Shown here: one piece after another, positions 41,268 through 50,167 of the stretch
Position numbering within the stretch: the stretch's first letter is position 1
Layout: each line of letters begins with the position of its first letter
Assembly (NCBI GenBank): GCA_028279505.1
Contig: JANQNP010000031.1
Location: 17,413 to 81,412, forward strand
DNA from: Dehalococcoidia bacterium
Lineage (GTDB): Bacteria > Chloroflexota > Dehalococcoidia > UBA2979
DNA length: 64,000 nucleotides
Direction: 5' to 3'
Position numbers and translations under genes: made by a program
Notes under the pieces: model-generated
Told to the model about the DNA's origin: nothing
The model's database searches: none
What the model saw: only the letters and a program-made list of their open reading frames with translations

Positions 41268-42359
41268 CTACATAACTGACGACGGAACAGCGACGCTGCC
41301 ACCGTGGCCCGGAACCGTGTCGGACAGGGTGTAGTTCGGACCATTCGCAACATAACCGCCAGTCACAGGGTCGTCCGCGAGCAGGTAGGGCGTATCGAGG
41401 TCGATCCACTCGAAGCCGCCCACGCCGGCGGCGAAGTGCACCCCGAACCCCATCGCGAGCCGCGTCTCGACCATCCCGCCGATCATCAGCCCGAGGCCGC
41501 CCGTCTTCGCAATCGCCGCAATCTCGAGGGCGTTCACCACACCGCTCTTCACGAGCTTGATGTTGAGCACCGTCGCCAGCCCGTCGCGCGCGATCCGTAG
41601 CGCGTCCTCGGACGACCGGCACGACTCGTCGGCGGCGACGGGCACCCCGCCCTCGCGGGTTACCCGCCCCAGACCGTCCCAGTCCTCGCGTACGACGGGC
41701 TGCTCGAAGAGGGCCGGCTCGATGCCCGCGCCGCGCAACGCATCGAGGAAGCGCAGCGCCTCGTCGGCGTCGAAGCCCTCGTTGGCGTCGAGCACCAGCG
41801 CGCAGTCGGGGTGCGCGCCGCGGATCGCGGCAAGCATCGCGACATCGGCATCGAGGTCGATGCCGACCTTCGTCTTGATCGTCGCAAAGCCTTCGGCGCG
41901 GTAACGCGCGGCGAGCGTCGCTGCCTCCTCGGGCGGACAGATCGGGATCGTGATGTCGGTGGTTACCTCGTTCGAGGCGCCGCCGAGGAACTGGTAGAGC
42001 GGCACGCCCCAGTGCCGCGTGACCGCATCGAGGATCGCCATCTCCACGCCGGCCCGCGTCGCATCGAGGTCTTCCAGCCACAGTGGCAGGTCCGCCGCGA
42101 GCGCGCGCCAGCTGGCCGTGTCGCGGCCGACGATGCCAGGGCGCAACCACTCGATTGCGCCGAGGGCGGCTTCTTGATCCTCGGTGGTCACGGGTCGCAG
42201 CGAGGGGACCTCGCCCCAGCCCTCGGCGCCGCCCTCGAGGGTCACGCGAATCGCGACGTTCTCGACGTGGTCAAGCCGCGCCGAGGCGATCGTGAACGGC
42301 GCGAGCAGCGGCACGTTCAGCGGGAAGGCGTCGATCGCGGCGATGGTGGTGGCGGTCAT
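41268..42359 (-). CDS. dipeptide epimerase (enolase superfamily, MR/MLE subgroup)
   Basis: IKTKVG, LVLDANEGF, EQPV, ADES and LNIKLVKSGG-like blocks; 363 aa. Confidence 0.8.
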   Translation of the reverse strand: MTATTIAAIDAFPLNVPLLAPFTIASARLDHVENVAIRVTLEGGAEGWGEVPSLRPVTTEDQEAALGAIEWLRPGIVGRDTASWRALAADLPLWLEDLDATRAGVEMAILDAVTRHWGVPLYQFLGGASNEVTTDITIPICPPEEAATLAARYRAEGFATIKTKVGIDLDADVAMLAAIRGAHPDCALVLDANEGFDADEALRFLDALRGAGIEPALFEQPVVREDWDGLGRVTREGGVPVAADESCRSSEDALRIARDGLATVLNIKLVKSGVVNALEIAAIAKTGGLGLMIGGMVETRLAMGFGVHFAAGVGGFEWIDLDTPYLLADDPVTGGYVANGPNYTLSDTVPGHGGSVAVPSSVM

Positions 42360-42427
42360 CGGCGCCAGCCTACCTCGGGAGTCGTCGCGACTTCAGAACT
42401 GGCGCGCGACCGGGTTGAGATGCAGAA

Positions 42428-42451
42428 ACGGGGCGCCGCGAGGCGCCCCGT
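42428..42451 (-). terminator. stem-loop downstream of the acyl-CoA dehydrogenase gene
   Basis: ACGGGGCGCC-GCGA-GGCGCCCCGT is a perfect 10-bp stem, followed on the minus strand by TTTCTGC (weak U tract). It lies 26 nt after the stop. Confidence 0.5.
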
Positions 42452-42476
42452 CTGGTTTGTAGGCCTCGGGTGGCGG

Positions 42477-43712
42477 CTAGCCCCTCGGCAAGCCCAGCCC
42501 GCGCGTCGCGATGATGTTCCGCTGGATCTCCGAGGTCCCGGCCGCAATCGTCGCCGGCACCGAGCGCACGTAGGACTGCGTGAACGTACCGTCCAGCGGC
42601 GCGTAGTCGTTTGGCGGGTCGTCGTACGTGTTCCGGTCGTCGTCGTCGTGACCCCAGAACTGGGCGTACTGACCGAGGACTTGTGTACCCGTCCGCGCCA
42701 GCTTCTGGCTCAGCTCGGAGTTGAACAGCTTCGACGTCGACGCCTCGTAGTTCGGGATCTGGCCAGCCGACTGCATCGAGATGATGCGGAAGCTGAACTG
42801 GAACTGGACCTCGGACTCGATCCAGCGGTCAGCGACGTCGTGGCGGAGCGACACCGACTCGTCGAGGCGCGAGCGTTGCTGGCCCTCGTCAGAGTGCACG
42901 TAGTCGATCAACTTCTGGATGCTCTTGCGGCTCGTGATCGCGCCGGTAATGTTCGAGCGCTCGAAGTCGAGCAGCGTCGCGCCGACGTACCAGCCGCGGT
43001 TCAGCTCGCCGACCACGTTCGTGGCGGGGACGCGCACGTCCTCGAAGAACGTCTCGTTGAAGTGGTAGTGGCCGCTCATGTCGATCAGCGGTCGCAGCGA
43101 GATGCCGGGCAGGTCCTTCTCCATCAGCATGAAGGAGATGCCGCGGTGCTTCGGCGCTTCCGGGTCGGTCCGGGTCAGCACGTACAGCCAGTCGGCGTAC
43201 TGCGCGCCAGAGGTCCAGATCTTCTGACCGTTGATGACGAAGTCGTCGCCGTCGCGCACCGCCCGCGTCTGCAACGAGGCAAGGTCGGACCCCGACCCCG
43301 GCTCCGAATACCCCTGCTGCCAGTTCACCTCACCGGAGAGGATCTTCGGCAGGTGCTCGGCCTTCTGTTCGTCCGTGCCGTGCACGATGATCGTCGGCCC
43401 GAGCTGGCTCACCCCCTGACCACCGACCGCCGGCGCGCCGGCTTCCGTCATCTCCTGCTTGAAGATGAACTGCTCGAGGGGTGACAACCCCGCGCCCCCG
43501 TACTCCTTCGGCCAGTGCGGCGCGATCCAGCCCTTGTCGGCGAGCGCGTCCTGCCACGCCTGGGCGGCTTCGCGCTTGCTCGCGTCCTCGGACTTGCGGT
43601 CCTGGATCCATTCGCCCTTGCCGCCCTGGTAGGCTTCCGGCAGCCCGTTGTCGATCAGTGCCTTCACTTCGGCGCGAAATGCAGCCTGTTCCGGTGTGTC
43701 GTTCCAGTCCAT
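42477..43712 (-). CDS. acyl-CoA dehydrogenase
   Basis: Start at MDWNDTPEQAAFRAEV. QGYSEPGSGSDLASL, INGQKIWTSGA and a C-terminal AAGTSEIQRNIIA. Confidence 0.9.
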   Translation of the reverse strand: MDWNDTPEQAAFRAEVKALIDNGLPEAYQGGKGEWIQDRKSEDASKREAAQAWQDALADKGWIAPHWPKEYGGAGLSPLEQFIFKQEMTEAGAPAVGGQGVSQLGPTIIVHGTDEQKAEHLPKILSGEVNWQQGYSEPGSGSDLASLQTRAVRDGDDFVINGQKIWTSGAQYADWLYVLTRTDPEAPKHRGISFMLMEKDLPGISLRPLIDMSGHYHFNETFFEDVRVPATNVVGELNRGWYVGATLLDFERSNITGAITSRKSIQKLIDYVHSDEGQQRSRLDESVSLRHDVADRWIESEVQFQFSFRIISMQSAGQIPNYEASTSKLFNSELSQKLARTGTQVLGQYAQFWGHDDDDRNTYDDPPNDYAPLDGTFTQSYVRSVPATIAAGTSEIQRNIIATRGLGLPRG

Positions 43713-43809
43713 GTCACCACTCTCCCTGTCGCGATCGCGAGCCGTCCGCCGTCGCTCCGCATTCGCGTCGCCATACTCGGCTTCGCCACGAGGCATGTCA
43801 ACGAATCAT

Positions 43810-43975
43810 CGGCCGCTGAGCGCTGATCCCACTGTTACCATCCGGCTGACGCGCGGCTCGGGGAAGCCGGTGGGAATCCGGCGCTGTCCCGCAACTGTGA
43901 CGCGATCGGCCGACGGATCGTGCAGCCAGAGCGCCGACCGCCGTCTCGTCTCGAGCCTGCGAGGACAGGCGTCGG
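43810..43975 (+). promoter_or_regulatory. cobalamin (AdoCbl) riboswitch
   Basis: Core GGGAAGCCGGTGGGAATCCGGCGCTGTCCCGCAACTGTGA (43861-43900) and B12-box-like AGCCAGAGCGCCGACCGCC (43924-42). It sits in a 324-nt leader upstream of cbiB-cobD-cobQ. Boundaries approximate. Confidence 0.8.
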
Positions 43976-44036
43976 CGTCGCGAGCCCTGCGCTCGAGCGC
44001 CCCGCGTCACCTCGACCCGCGAAACGGAGTCCCGAG

Positions 44037-44972
44037 GTGCCCGCTCCGCGTTCCGCACTCGCGCTCGCCTCGGGGATCGCCCTCGACGCCACCTGCCTCG
44101 ATCCTCCGAACGCGGTGCACCCGGTCGCCTGGATCGGCCGCGCCGCCGCCCTCGTCGAGCGCGCCGCGCCACGAGGCGCGCGCTCGCGCCGGATCTTCGG
44201 CCTCGTCGCAGCGCTCGCGCTTCCGATCGCGACCTTCGAGGCGACGCGTCGCTTCCAACGCATGGCCCGCGGCCGCTGGTTCGCGGCGGCGTCGCTTCTA
44301 GCCCTTGCCTCCTCGCACCGCACGTTGTTCGCGCGCGTCACCGAGGTGGCGGACGCCCTCGATGCCGGCGATCTCCCCGCTGCGCGGGCACTGCTGGCGC
44401 GTCACCTCGTCAGCCGCGATACCGCCGAGCTCGACAGCTCCGAGGTCAGCGCCGCCACGATCGAGTCGCTTGCCGAGAACCTGAGCGACGGCGTCGTCGC
44501 CCCCTGGTTCTGGTTCGCCCTCGGTGGCGCGCCGGTCGCCTGGGCTTACCGCGTCTCGAACACCCTCGATGCGATGTGGGGCTACCGAACTGCGCAGTAC
44601 GAAGACCTCGGCAAGGCGGCGGCCCACCTCGACGACGGCTGGAACCTGCTGCCGGCTCGCCTCACGGCGCTCGTGCTCTGTGTCGCCTCGGTGGGGGAGC
44701 GCGGAACGCTCGAGGCGTTCCGAGTCTGGCGGCGGGACGCGCGGCGCACCGCCAGCCCGAACGCCGGCCACCCGATGTCTGCGATCGCCGGCGGGCTGGG
44801 CGTGCGCCTCGGCAAGCGAGGCGAGTCGGGAACGGCGTACGAGCTGAACGAGGGTGGTCGCGCCCCGGCGCCCGCAGACATCCACCGAGCGCTCCGTGTC
44901 GCTCGGCGCGCCTCTGCACTCGCCGCCATCGCCTTGATCGCCGTCGCCGCCGCGCGGGAGCGGCGGGGATGA
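44037..44972 (+). CDS. cbiB: adenosylcobinamide-phosphate synthase
   Basis: GTG start 7 nt after GGAG. LDATCLDPPNAVHPVAWIGR, ENLSDGVVAPWFWFALGG and NTLDAMWGYR blocks. The listed longer ORF would run through the riboswitch. Confidence 0.85.
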   Translation: MPAPRSALALASGIALDATCLDPPNAVHPVAWIGRAAALVERAAPRGARSRRIFGLVAALALPIATFEATRRFQRMARGRWFAAASLLALASSHRTLFARVTEVADALDAGDLPAARALLARHLVSRDTAELDSSEVSAATIESLAENLSDGVVAPWFWFALGGAPVAWAYRVSNTLDAMWGYRTAQYEDLGKAAAHLDDGWNLLPARLTALVLCVASVGERGTLEAFRVWRRDARRTASPNAGHPMSAIAGGLGVRLGKRGESGTAYELNEGGRAPAPADIHRALRVARRASALAAIALIAVAAARERRG

Positions 44973-46030
44973 TCGCCCCGGCCTCGCCTGACACCGTCGC
45001 CCACGGCAGCGTGACCGACGAGGAGCTACGGTCGCTCGGTCTCGCCCGCGAAGAGGTGCTGGACCTCTCCTCGAACCTCCACCCGGCCGGCCCGACGCCC
45101 GGGGTGCTCGCCGCCTTCCGAGGCGCCGACGTCTCGCACTACCCGGAACCGCACGCCGAGCCGCTGCGCTCGCGGCTGGCGGATCATCACGACCTCGCCT
45201 CGGATCAGGTGCTAGTCACCGCCGGTGCCACCGCCGCGATCCACCTCGTGATCCGCGCACTCCTCGGAAGCGGCGACACTTGTGCGCTGTTCCCGCCGAC
45301 GTTCGGGGAGTATGAGGCGGCGGTTCGCCTCGCCGGGGCGACGCTGATCGAGCGCCGGTTCGAACCACCGGCATTCGACCTGCCGTCCGTGGTCGAGCCG
45401 GCCGACCTCGGCGTCCTCTGCAACCCGAACAACCCGACCGGTGCCTACCTCGAGCGGTCCGACGTGGAGCGAGTCGCGGCTGAGCTGGGTGGCCCCCTGC
45501 TCCTCGACGTCGCCTACGACGCCTTCGTCGATGCCCCCTGGGACGCCGACGCGCTCGTTCGCGAGGGCGCATCAGTCCTCGTCGTACATTCGATGACCAA
45601 GCTCCACGCGATCCCCGGCCTGCGCCTCGGCTACGTGACCGGCCCCGCCTCGCTGATCGCCATCCTCGAGGCGGGGCAGCCCTCGTGGGCTGTCGGTGCG
45701 CCGGCGATTGCAGCCGGCCTTGAGGCGCTGGGGCAGGACCGGGCGCGGCGGGCGGCGCTGGCGAACCTTCGGGCGACGCGTACCCACCTCCGAGGTGTGT
45801 TTGGCCGTCATGGGGTCGAGTGCGCACCCTCCGAGGCCAACTTCGTCCTCGCGAGGGTGGGTGAGGCCTCGGAGTTTCGCGCCCGCCTGCTGGCGGGGAG
45901 CGGGATCGTCGTGCGCGATGCCACCTCGTTCGGGCTCGCCGACTGGATCCGCGTAGCTCTGCCGCCGGAGTCAGAGCTCGGTCGAGTGGCGGCAGCCCTC
46001 GACGCCGCGCTTATGGAGCGAGCGGGGTGA
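44969..46030 (+). CDS. cobD: L-threonine-O-3-phosphate decarboxylase (class I/II aminotransferase fold; S. enterica CobD nomenclature)
   Basis: ATGA overlap with cbiB. YPEPHAEPLR, NPNNPTG and HSMTKLHAIPGLRLGY (PLP Lys). Confidence 0.75.
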   Translation: MIAPASPDTVAHGSVTDEELRSLGLAREEVLDLSSNLHPAGPTPGVLAAFRGADVSHYPEPHAEPLRSRLADHHDLASDQVLVTAGATAAIHLVIRALLGSGDTCALFPPTFGEYEAAVRLAGATLIERRFEPPAFDLPSVVEPADLGVLCNPNNPTGAYLERSDVERVAAELGGPLLLDVAYDAFVDAPWDADALVREGASVLVVHSMTKLHAIPGLRLGYVTGPASLIAILEAGQPSWAVGAPAIAAGLEALGQDRARRAALANLRATRTHLRGVFGRHGVECAPSEANFVLARVGEASEFRARLLAGSGIVVRDATSFGLADWIRVALPPESELGRVAAALDAALMERAG

Positions 46031-47517
46031 CGGCGCCGGTGCTGATGGTGCTCGGGACCGCCTCGTCGGTCGGGAAGAGTCTGCTGGTGGCGGCGCTCTG
46101 CCGCGCGTTCGCGAACGATGGCGTCGACGTCGCGCCCTACAAGTCGCAGAACATGTCGAACAACGCGGACGTCACACCGGATGGGCTGGAGATCGGTCGC
46201 TCGCAGTCAGAGCAGGCTGCCGCTGCCCGCGTCACCCCGACGGTCGAGATGAACCCCATCCTGCTCAAGCCCTCGGGCGACCGAACGTCGCACGTGATCC
46301 TCAACGGCCGGCCGGCCGGCACGAGGACCTCCCGGGACTTCCTCCGATCACGGGATGACCTCTGGCAGCACGCCGCAGCGGCGCTCGACACGCTCCGCGA
46401 GCGGCACGACCTGGTGATCGCCGAGGGCGCCGGTGCCGCCGTCGAGCCCAACCTGATCGCGACCGAGATCGTGAACCTGCGCGTTGCCCGCCACGCCGAG
46501 GCCGTCACGCTCATCGCCGGCGACATCGACCGCGGCGGGGTGTTCGGCCACCTCCTCGGCACGATCGAGCTGATGCCGGAGGCCGACCGTCGCCTGATCC
46601 GCGGCTTCCTCATCAACCGCTTCCGAGGCGACGAATCGCTCCTCGCCCCCGCGATCGCGGATCTCGAGGAGCGCACGGGTATCCCGGTCCTCGGTGTCAT
46701 CCCCTGGATCGACGACGTCGCGCTCGCCGAGGAGGACGCGGTCGCCCTCGAGCGTCGCGAACTCGTAGGGCGGGTCGAGGGCGCAACGGTCGACATCGCC
46801 GTCGTGCACCTGCCGCGGGTCGCGAACTTTGACGACTTCGATCCGCTCCAGCGAGAACCGGGCGTCCAGCTCCGCTACGTCTCGACCACCGACGAACTCG
46901 GCGAGCCTGATTTGCTGATCCTCCCCGGCACTCGGGCGACGATCGCCGACCTCGATTTCCTGCGGTCGCGAGGCCTCGATGACGCGATCCGCGATCGCGC
47001 CGCGCGAGGGACGCACATCCTCGGGATCTGCGGGGGCTACCAGATGCTCGGCGAGTGGCTGTTCGACCCGGACGGCGTCGAGGCGCCTGCCGGGAGCGAG
47101 GTCGCCGGCCTCGGCCTGCTGCCGATCCTGACCAGCTTCAGCGGCGACAAGCAGACTTCGAGGGTCAGCGGCCGCGTCACTGGTGGTGTCGGGGCGTGGG
47201 CGGCGGCGAACGGCGCGCCGATCGAGGGCTACGAGATTCACATGGGTGAGTCCGGCGGCAACACGGCCTCGCTACTCGAGATCGACGGGCACGCCGACGG
47301 CGCGATCAGCCTCGATGGCCGTGTGGCGGGGACCTATCTCCATGGGCTCTTCGCCAATGACGAGCTGCGCCATGGCTTGCTCGCCGGGCTTGGCGCGGTT
47401 CCCGGCGCGGTCACTCCAGCGGCTACCGCCCGCGACCAAGAGTTCGACCGGCTGGCCGCGGTGGTGCGCGAGCACGTCGACCTCGACGCGGTCCGCGCGA
47501 TGCTCTGGCCGGACTAA
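46027..47517 (+). CDS. cobQ: cobyric acid synthase
   Basis: GTGA overlap start. VLGTASSVGKS P-loop-like motif, YKSQNMSNN, and a C-terminal GATase domain ICGGYQMLG .. GYEIHMG. Confidence 0.9.
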   Translation: MTAPVLMVLGTASSVGKSLLVAALCRAFANDGVDVAPYKSQNMSNNADVTPDGLEIGRSQSEQAAAARVTPTVEMNPILLKPSGDRTSHVILNGRPAGTRTSRDFLRSRDDLWQHAAAALDTLRERHDLVIAEGAGAAVEPNLIATEIVNLRVARHAEAVTLIAGDIDRGGVFGHLLGTIELMPEADRRLIRGFLINRFRGDESLLAPAIADLEERTGIPVLGVIPWIDDVALAEEDAVALERRELVGRVEGATVDIAVVHLPRVANFDDFDPLQREPGVQLRYVSTTDELGEPDLLILPGTRATIADLDFLRSRGLDDAIRDRAARGTHILGICGGYQMLGEWLFDPDGVEAPAGSEVAGLGLLPILTSFSGDKQTSRVSGRVTGGVGAWAAANGAPIEGYEIHMGESGGNTASLLEIDGHADGAISLDGRVAGTYLHGLFANDELRHGLLAGLGAVPGAVTPAATARDQEFDRLAAVVREHVDLDAVRAMLWPD

Positions 47518-48890
47518 CCGGCGGCGAGACGGCTCCCCTCGAGGAACGCGTCGACGATCGAGCCGAGCGTTGGCTCGCCCGCCTCAGCGAATCCGTAGCG
47601 AGCACGGACGACCGGCACCCGAGGTGCGATCAACGCTTCGAGGTCCATCGGCGTACCGGAGACCACGACGTCGCACGGCGTCGCGTTGACCGTCTCGGCG
47701 AGCGCCGCGAGCTGCTCCGCGCCGTAGCCAAGCGCCGGGAGCACCGCGCCGATGTGTGGGTACTGAGCGAGCGTCTCGGCGATCGCCGGGTGTGCGGTCG
47801 GGCGCGGGTCGACGATGCGCCCGGCGCCCGCGTCGACCGCGGCGACGTAGCCGGCCCCGTACGCCATCCCACCGTGGGTCAACGTCGGACCGTCGTCGAT
47901 CACCAGGACGCGCCGCCCGCGGACGGCGTCCGGGTCATCGAGGGTGACGGGTGACGCGGCGCGCACGATCGGAGCGTCGGGGTTGAGGCGGCGTGCCTCA
48001 CGTTCGGCCTCCTCGACCTGCTCGGCGGTCGCGGCGTTGACCTTGTTCACGACCACCACGTCGGCCGAGCGCAAGACCGTCTCGCCGGGGTGGTACTCGT
48101 CGGCGTCGCCGGGTCGCAGCGCGTCCGTGAGCGCGATGGCGAGGTTCGGGCGTAGGAACGATAGGTCGTTGTTTCCGCCGTCCCAGATCAGCACGTCCGC
48201 CTCCGCCTCGGCACGCCGCGTGATCGCCTCGTAGTCCGCGCCGGCGTAGACGAGGTTGCCGGCCGCGATGTGCGGTTCGTACTCCTCGCGCTCCTCGATG
48301 GTGCAGTCGGCGGCATCGAGGTCCTCGACGCTGCTGAATCGCTGGACCGCCTGCGCCTCCAGGTCGCCGTACGGCATGGGGTGGCGGATCACCGCGACGT
48401 CGAGGCCGCGCTCGCGCAGCCGACGGCCGATCCAGCGCGCCACCTGCGACTTGCCCGCGCCGGTCCGGGCGGCGCACACCGCGATCACCGGCACCGCCGC
48501 TTCGATCATCGTTCGGTTCGGGCCGAGGATCGTGAAGTCCGCGCCCGTTGCCAGCGCCCGCGAAGCGAGGTGCATCACCGTCTCGTGAGGCACATCGCTG
48601 TACGCGAACACCACCTCATCGACCGACTCCGAGGCGCAAAGCGCCTCCAGCTCGTCTTCGGCGACGATCGGGATGCCCTCGGGGTAGCGGTCGCCAGCCA
48701 GCGCCGGCGGGTACCGGCGTTGCTCGATGCCGGGGATCTGCGTCGCCGTGAAGGCGACGATCTCAACGGTCGGGTCGCCTCGGAAGGCCACGTTGAAGTT
48801 GTGGAAGTCGCGCCCCGCTGCTCCGAGGATCACGACCCGCCGCGCCGCCTCCGCCATCATTCGCCCTCCGCTTCGTCGTCGCGCCGCCAT
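47514..48890 (-). CDS. cyclic 2,3-diphosphoglycerate synthetase-like P-loop protein
   Basis: VVILGAAGRDFHNFN, AARTGAGKSQV (Walker A-like) and IWDGGNNDLSF. 458 aa; the start may be 10-11 codons further in (MMAEAARR). Confidence 0.6.
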   Translation of the reverse strand: MAARRRSGGRMMAEAARRVVILGAAGRDFHNFNVAFRGDPTVEIVAFTATQIPGIEQRRYPPALAGDRYPEGIPIVAEDELEALCASESVDEVVFAYSDVPHETVMHLASRALATGADFTILGPNRTMIEAAVPVIAVCAARTGAGKSQVARWIGRRLRERGLDVAVIRHPMPYGDLEAQAVQRFSSVEDLDAADCTIEEREEYEPHIAAGNLVYAGADYEAITRRAEAEADVLIWDGGNNDLSFLRPNLAIALTDALRPGDADEYHPGETVLRSADVVVVNKVNAATAEQVEEAEREARRLNPDAPIVRAASPVTLDDPDAVRGRRVLVIDDGPTLTHGGMAYGAGYVAAVDAGAGRIVDPRPTAHPAIAETLAQYPHIGAVLPALGYGAEQLAALAETVNATPCDVVVSGTPMDLEALIAPRVPVVRARYGFAEAGEPTLGSIVDAFLEGSRLAAG

Positions 48891-48967
48891 CGACTATCCG
48901 CGAGCCGGGTCGAGGTTGCCGAGGCCGAACGTCCCGGCCCGCCGTGACTCCCGGACTTGGAGCCGGC

Positions 48968-49006
48968 CACGGTGCCGGTCCACAGTCGAGCCCGTGTGGC
49001 ACCGTG
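48968..49006. promoter_or_regulatory. inverted repeat just upstream of the carbamate kinase RBS
   Basis: CACGGTGCC-N21-GGCACCGTG has perfect 9-bp arms with an inner CCACA..TGTGG. It ends 5 nt before AGGAGG. Confidence 0.35.
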
Positions 49007-49022
49007 TAGCAGGAGGTGCGGC

Positions 49023-49961
49023 GTGCGGTTGGTCGTGGCCCTCGGCGGGAACGCGCTGCTGCGGCGGGGTGAACCTCAGGACGAGGCGACGCAACGCGCG
49101 AACGTCCGCGCGGCTGTGCGGGTGCTCGCGATGCTCGCCGCCGACCACGATCTCATCGTCACCCACGGCAACGGGCCCCAGGTCGGGTTGCTCGCGCTCG
49201 CGAGCGAGGCCTACCGCGAGGTGAAGCCGTATGCCCTCGATGTGCTCGGCGCGGAGAGCCAGGGGATGATCGGCTATCTGCTCGCGGAGGCGCTCCACGA
49301 CGAGATCCCGGAGCGCCAGGTCGCCTCGTTGCTGACCCAGATCGTCGTCGATGATGACGACCCCGCGTTCGCCAACCCGACCAAGTTCATCGGCCCGATC
49401 TACGAGGCCTCTGAGGCCCGACGGCTCGCCGAGGAGCGCGGCTGGTCCGTGGCGCCGGACGGCGACCACTGGCGCCGTGTGGTCCCGTCGCCGGAGCCCC
49501 GAGCGATCGTCGAGGCGCCGACGATCGCCATCCTCGTGGAGGCGGGCGTCCTCGTGATCTGCGCGGGCGGGGGCGGTGTACCGGTGGTCGTGACCTCGGA
49601 GGGCGCGACGCACGGCGTCGAGGCGGTCGTGGACAAGGACCTGACGGCGGCGCTGCTCGCGGAGCAGCTCGATGCCGACGCACTGCTCCTGCTCACGGAC
49701 GTCTCGGCGGTGATGACCGATTGGGGCACGCCGAAGGAGCGCCCGCTCGCCGCCGCGGCACCGTGGGCGTTGCGCGCCCTCGACTTCGCGCCCGGCTCGA
49801 TGGGACCGAAGGTGGAGGCGGCCTGCCGCTTCGCCGAGCGGACGGGCCGCTCCGCGCACATCGGCGCGCTCGAAGACGCGGTCTCGATCGTGGCCGGGGT
49901 CGCGGGGACCCTGGTAAGTGACGCCCGCGACGGGCTGGAGTGGTGGGAACCGCGTCGCTAG
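49023..49961 (+). CDS. arcC: carbamate kinase
   Basis: GTG start 6 nt after AGGAGG. VVALGGNALL, THGNGPQVG, ESQGMIGY and CAGGGGVPV. Confidence 0.9.
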   Translation: MRLVVALGGNALLRRGEPQDEATQRANVRAAVRVLAMLAADHDLIVTHGNGPQVGLLALASEAYREVKPYALDVLGAESQGMIGYLLAEALHDEIPERQVASLLTQIVVDDDDPAFANPTKFIGPIYEASEARRLAEERGWSVAPDGDHWRRVVPSPEPRAIVEAPTIAILVEAGVLVICAGGGGVPVVVTSEGATHGVEAVVDKDLTAALLAEQLDADALLLLTDVSAVMTDWGTPKERPLAAAAPWALRALDFAPGSMGPKVEAACRFAERTGRSAHIGALEDAVSIVAGVAGTLVSDARDGLEWWEPRR

Positions 49962-50164
49962 GGGGCCTCGACCTCTTCACGGCGACGCTGCCGCGCGGCG
50001 CTGATGCCGAGCCAGACCGGGAACGCGAGGATCACGATCCCGAGGAGGGCGACGATCGTGCCTGGTTCGAGGCCGAGGATGTCGTCGATCTTGTGCCGGA
50101 TCCACTCGGCGAGCGTTGGATCGATCGACTCGGCGTGGTGCAGCACGGTCCTCGGGAGTGGCAT
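49958..50164 (-). CDS. small single-TM protein immediately downstream of an MFS gene (possible MFS small subunit)
   Basis: 68 aa with TM helix IVALLGIVILAFPVWLGI. The start is 3 nt after the MFS stop. Confidence 0.45.
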   Translation of the reverse strand: MPLPRTVLHHAESIDPTLAEWIRHKIDDILGLEPGTIVALLGIVILAFPVWLGISAARQRRREEVEAP

Positions 50165-50167
50165 GGG

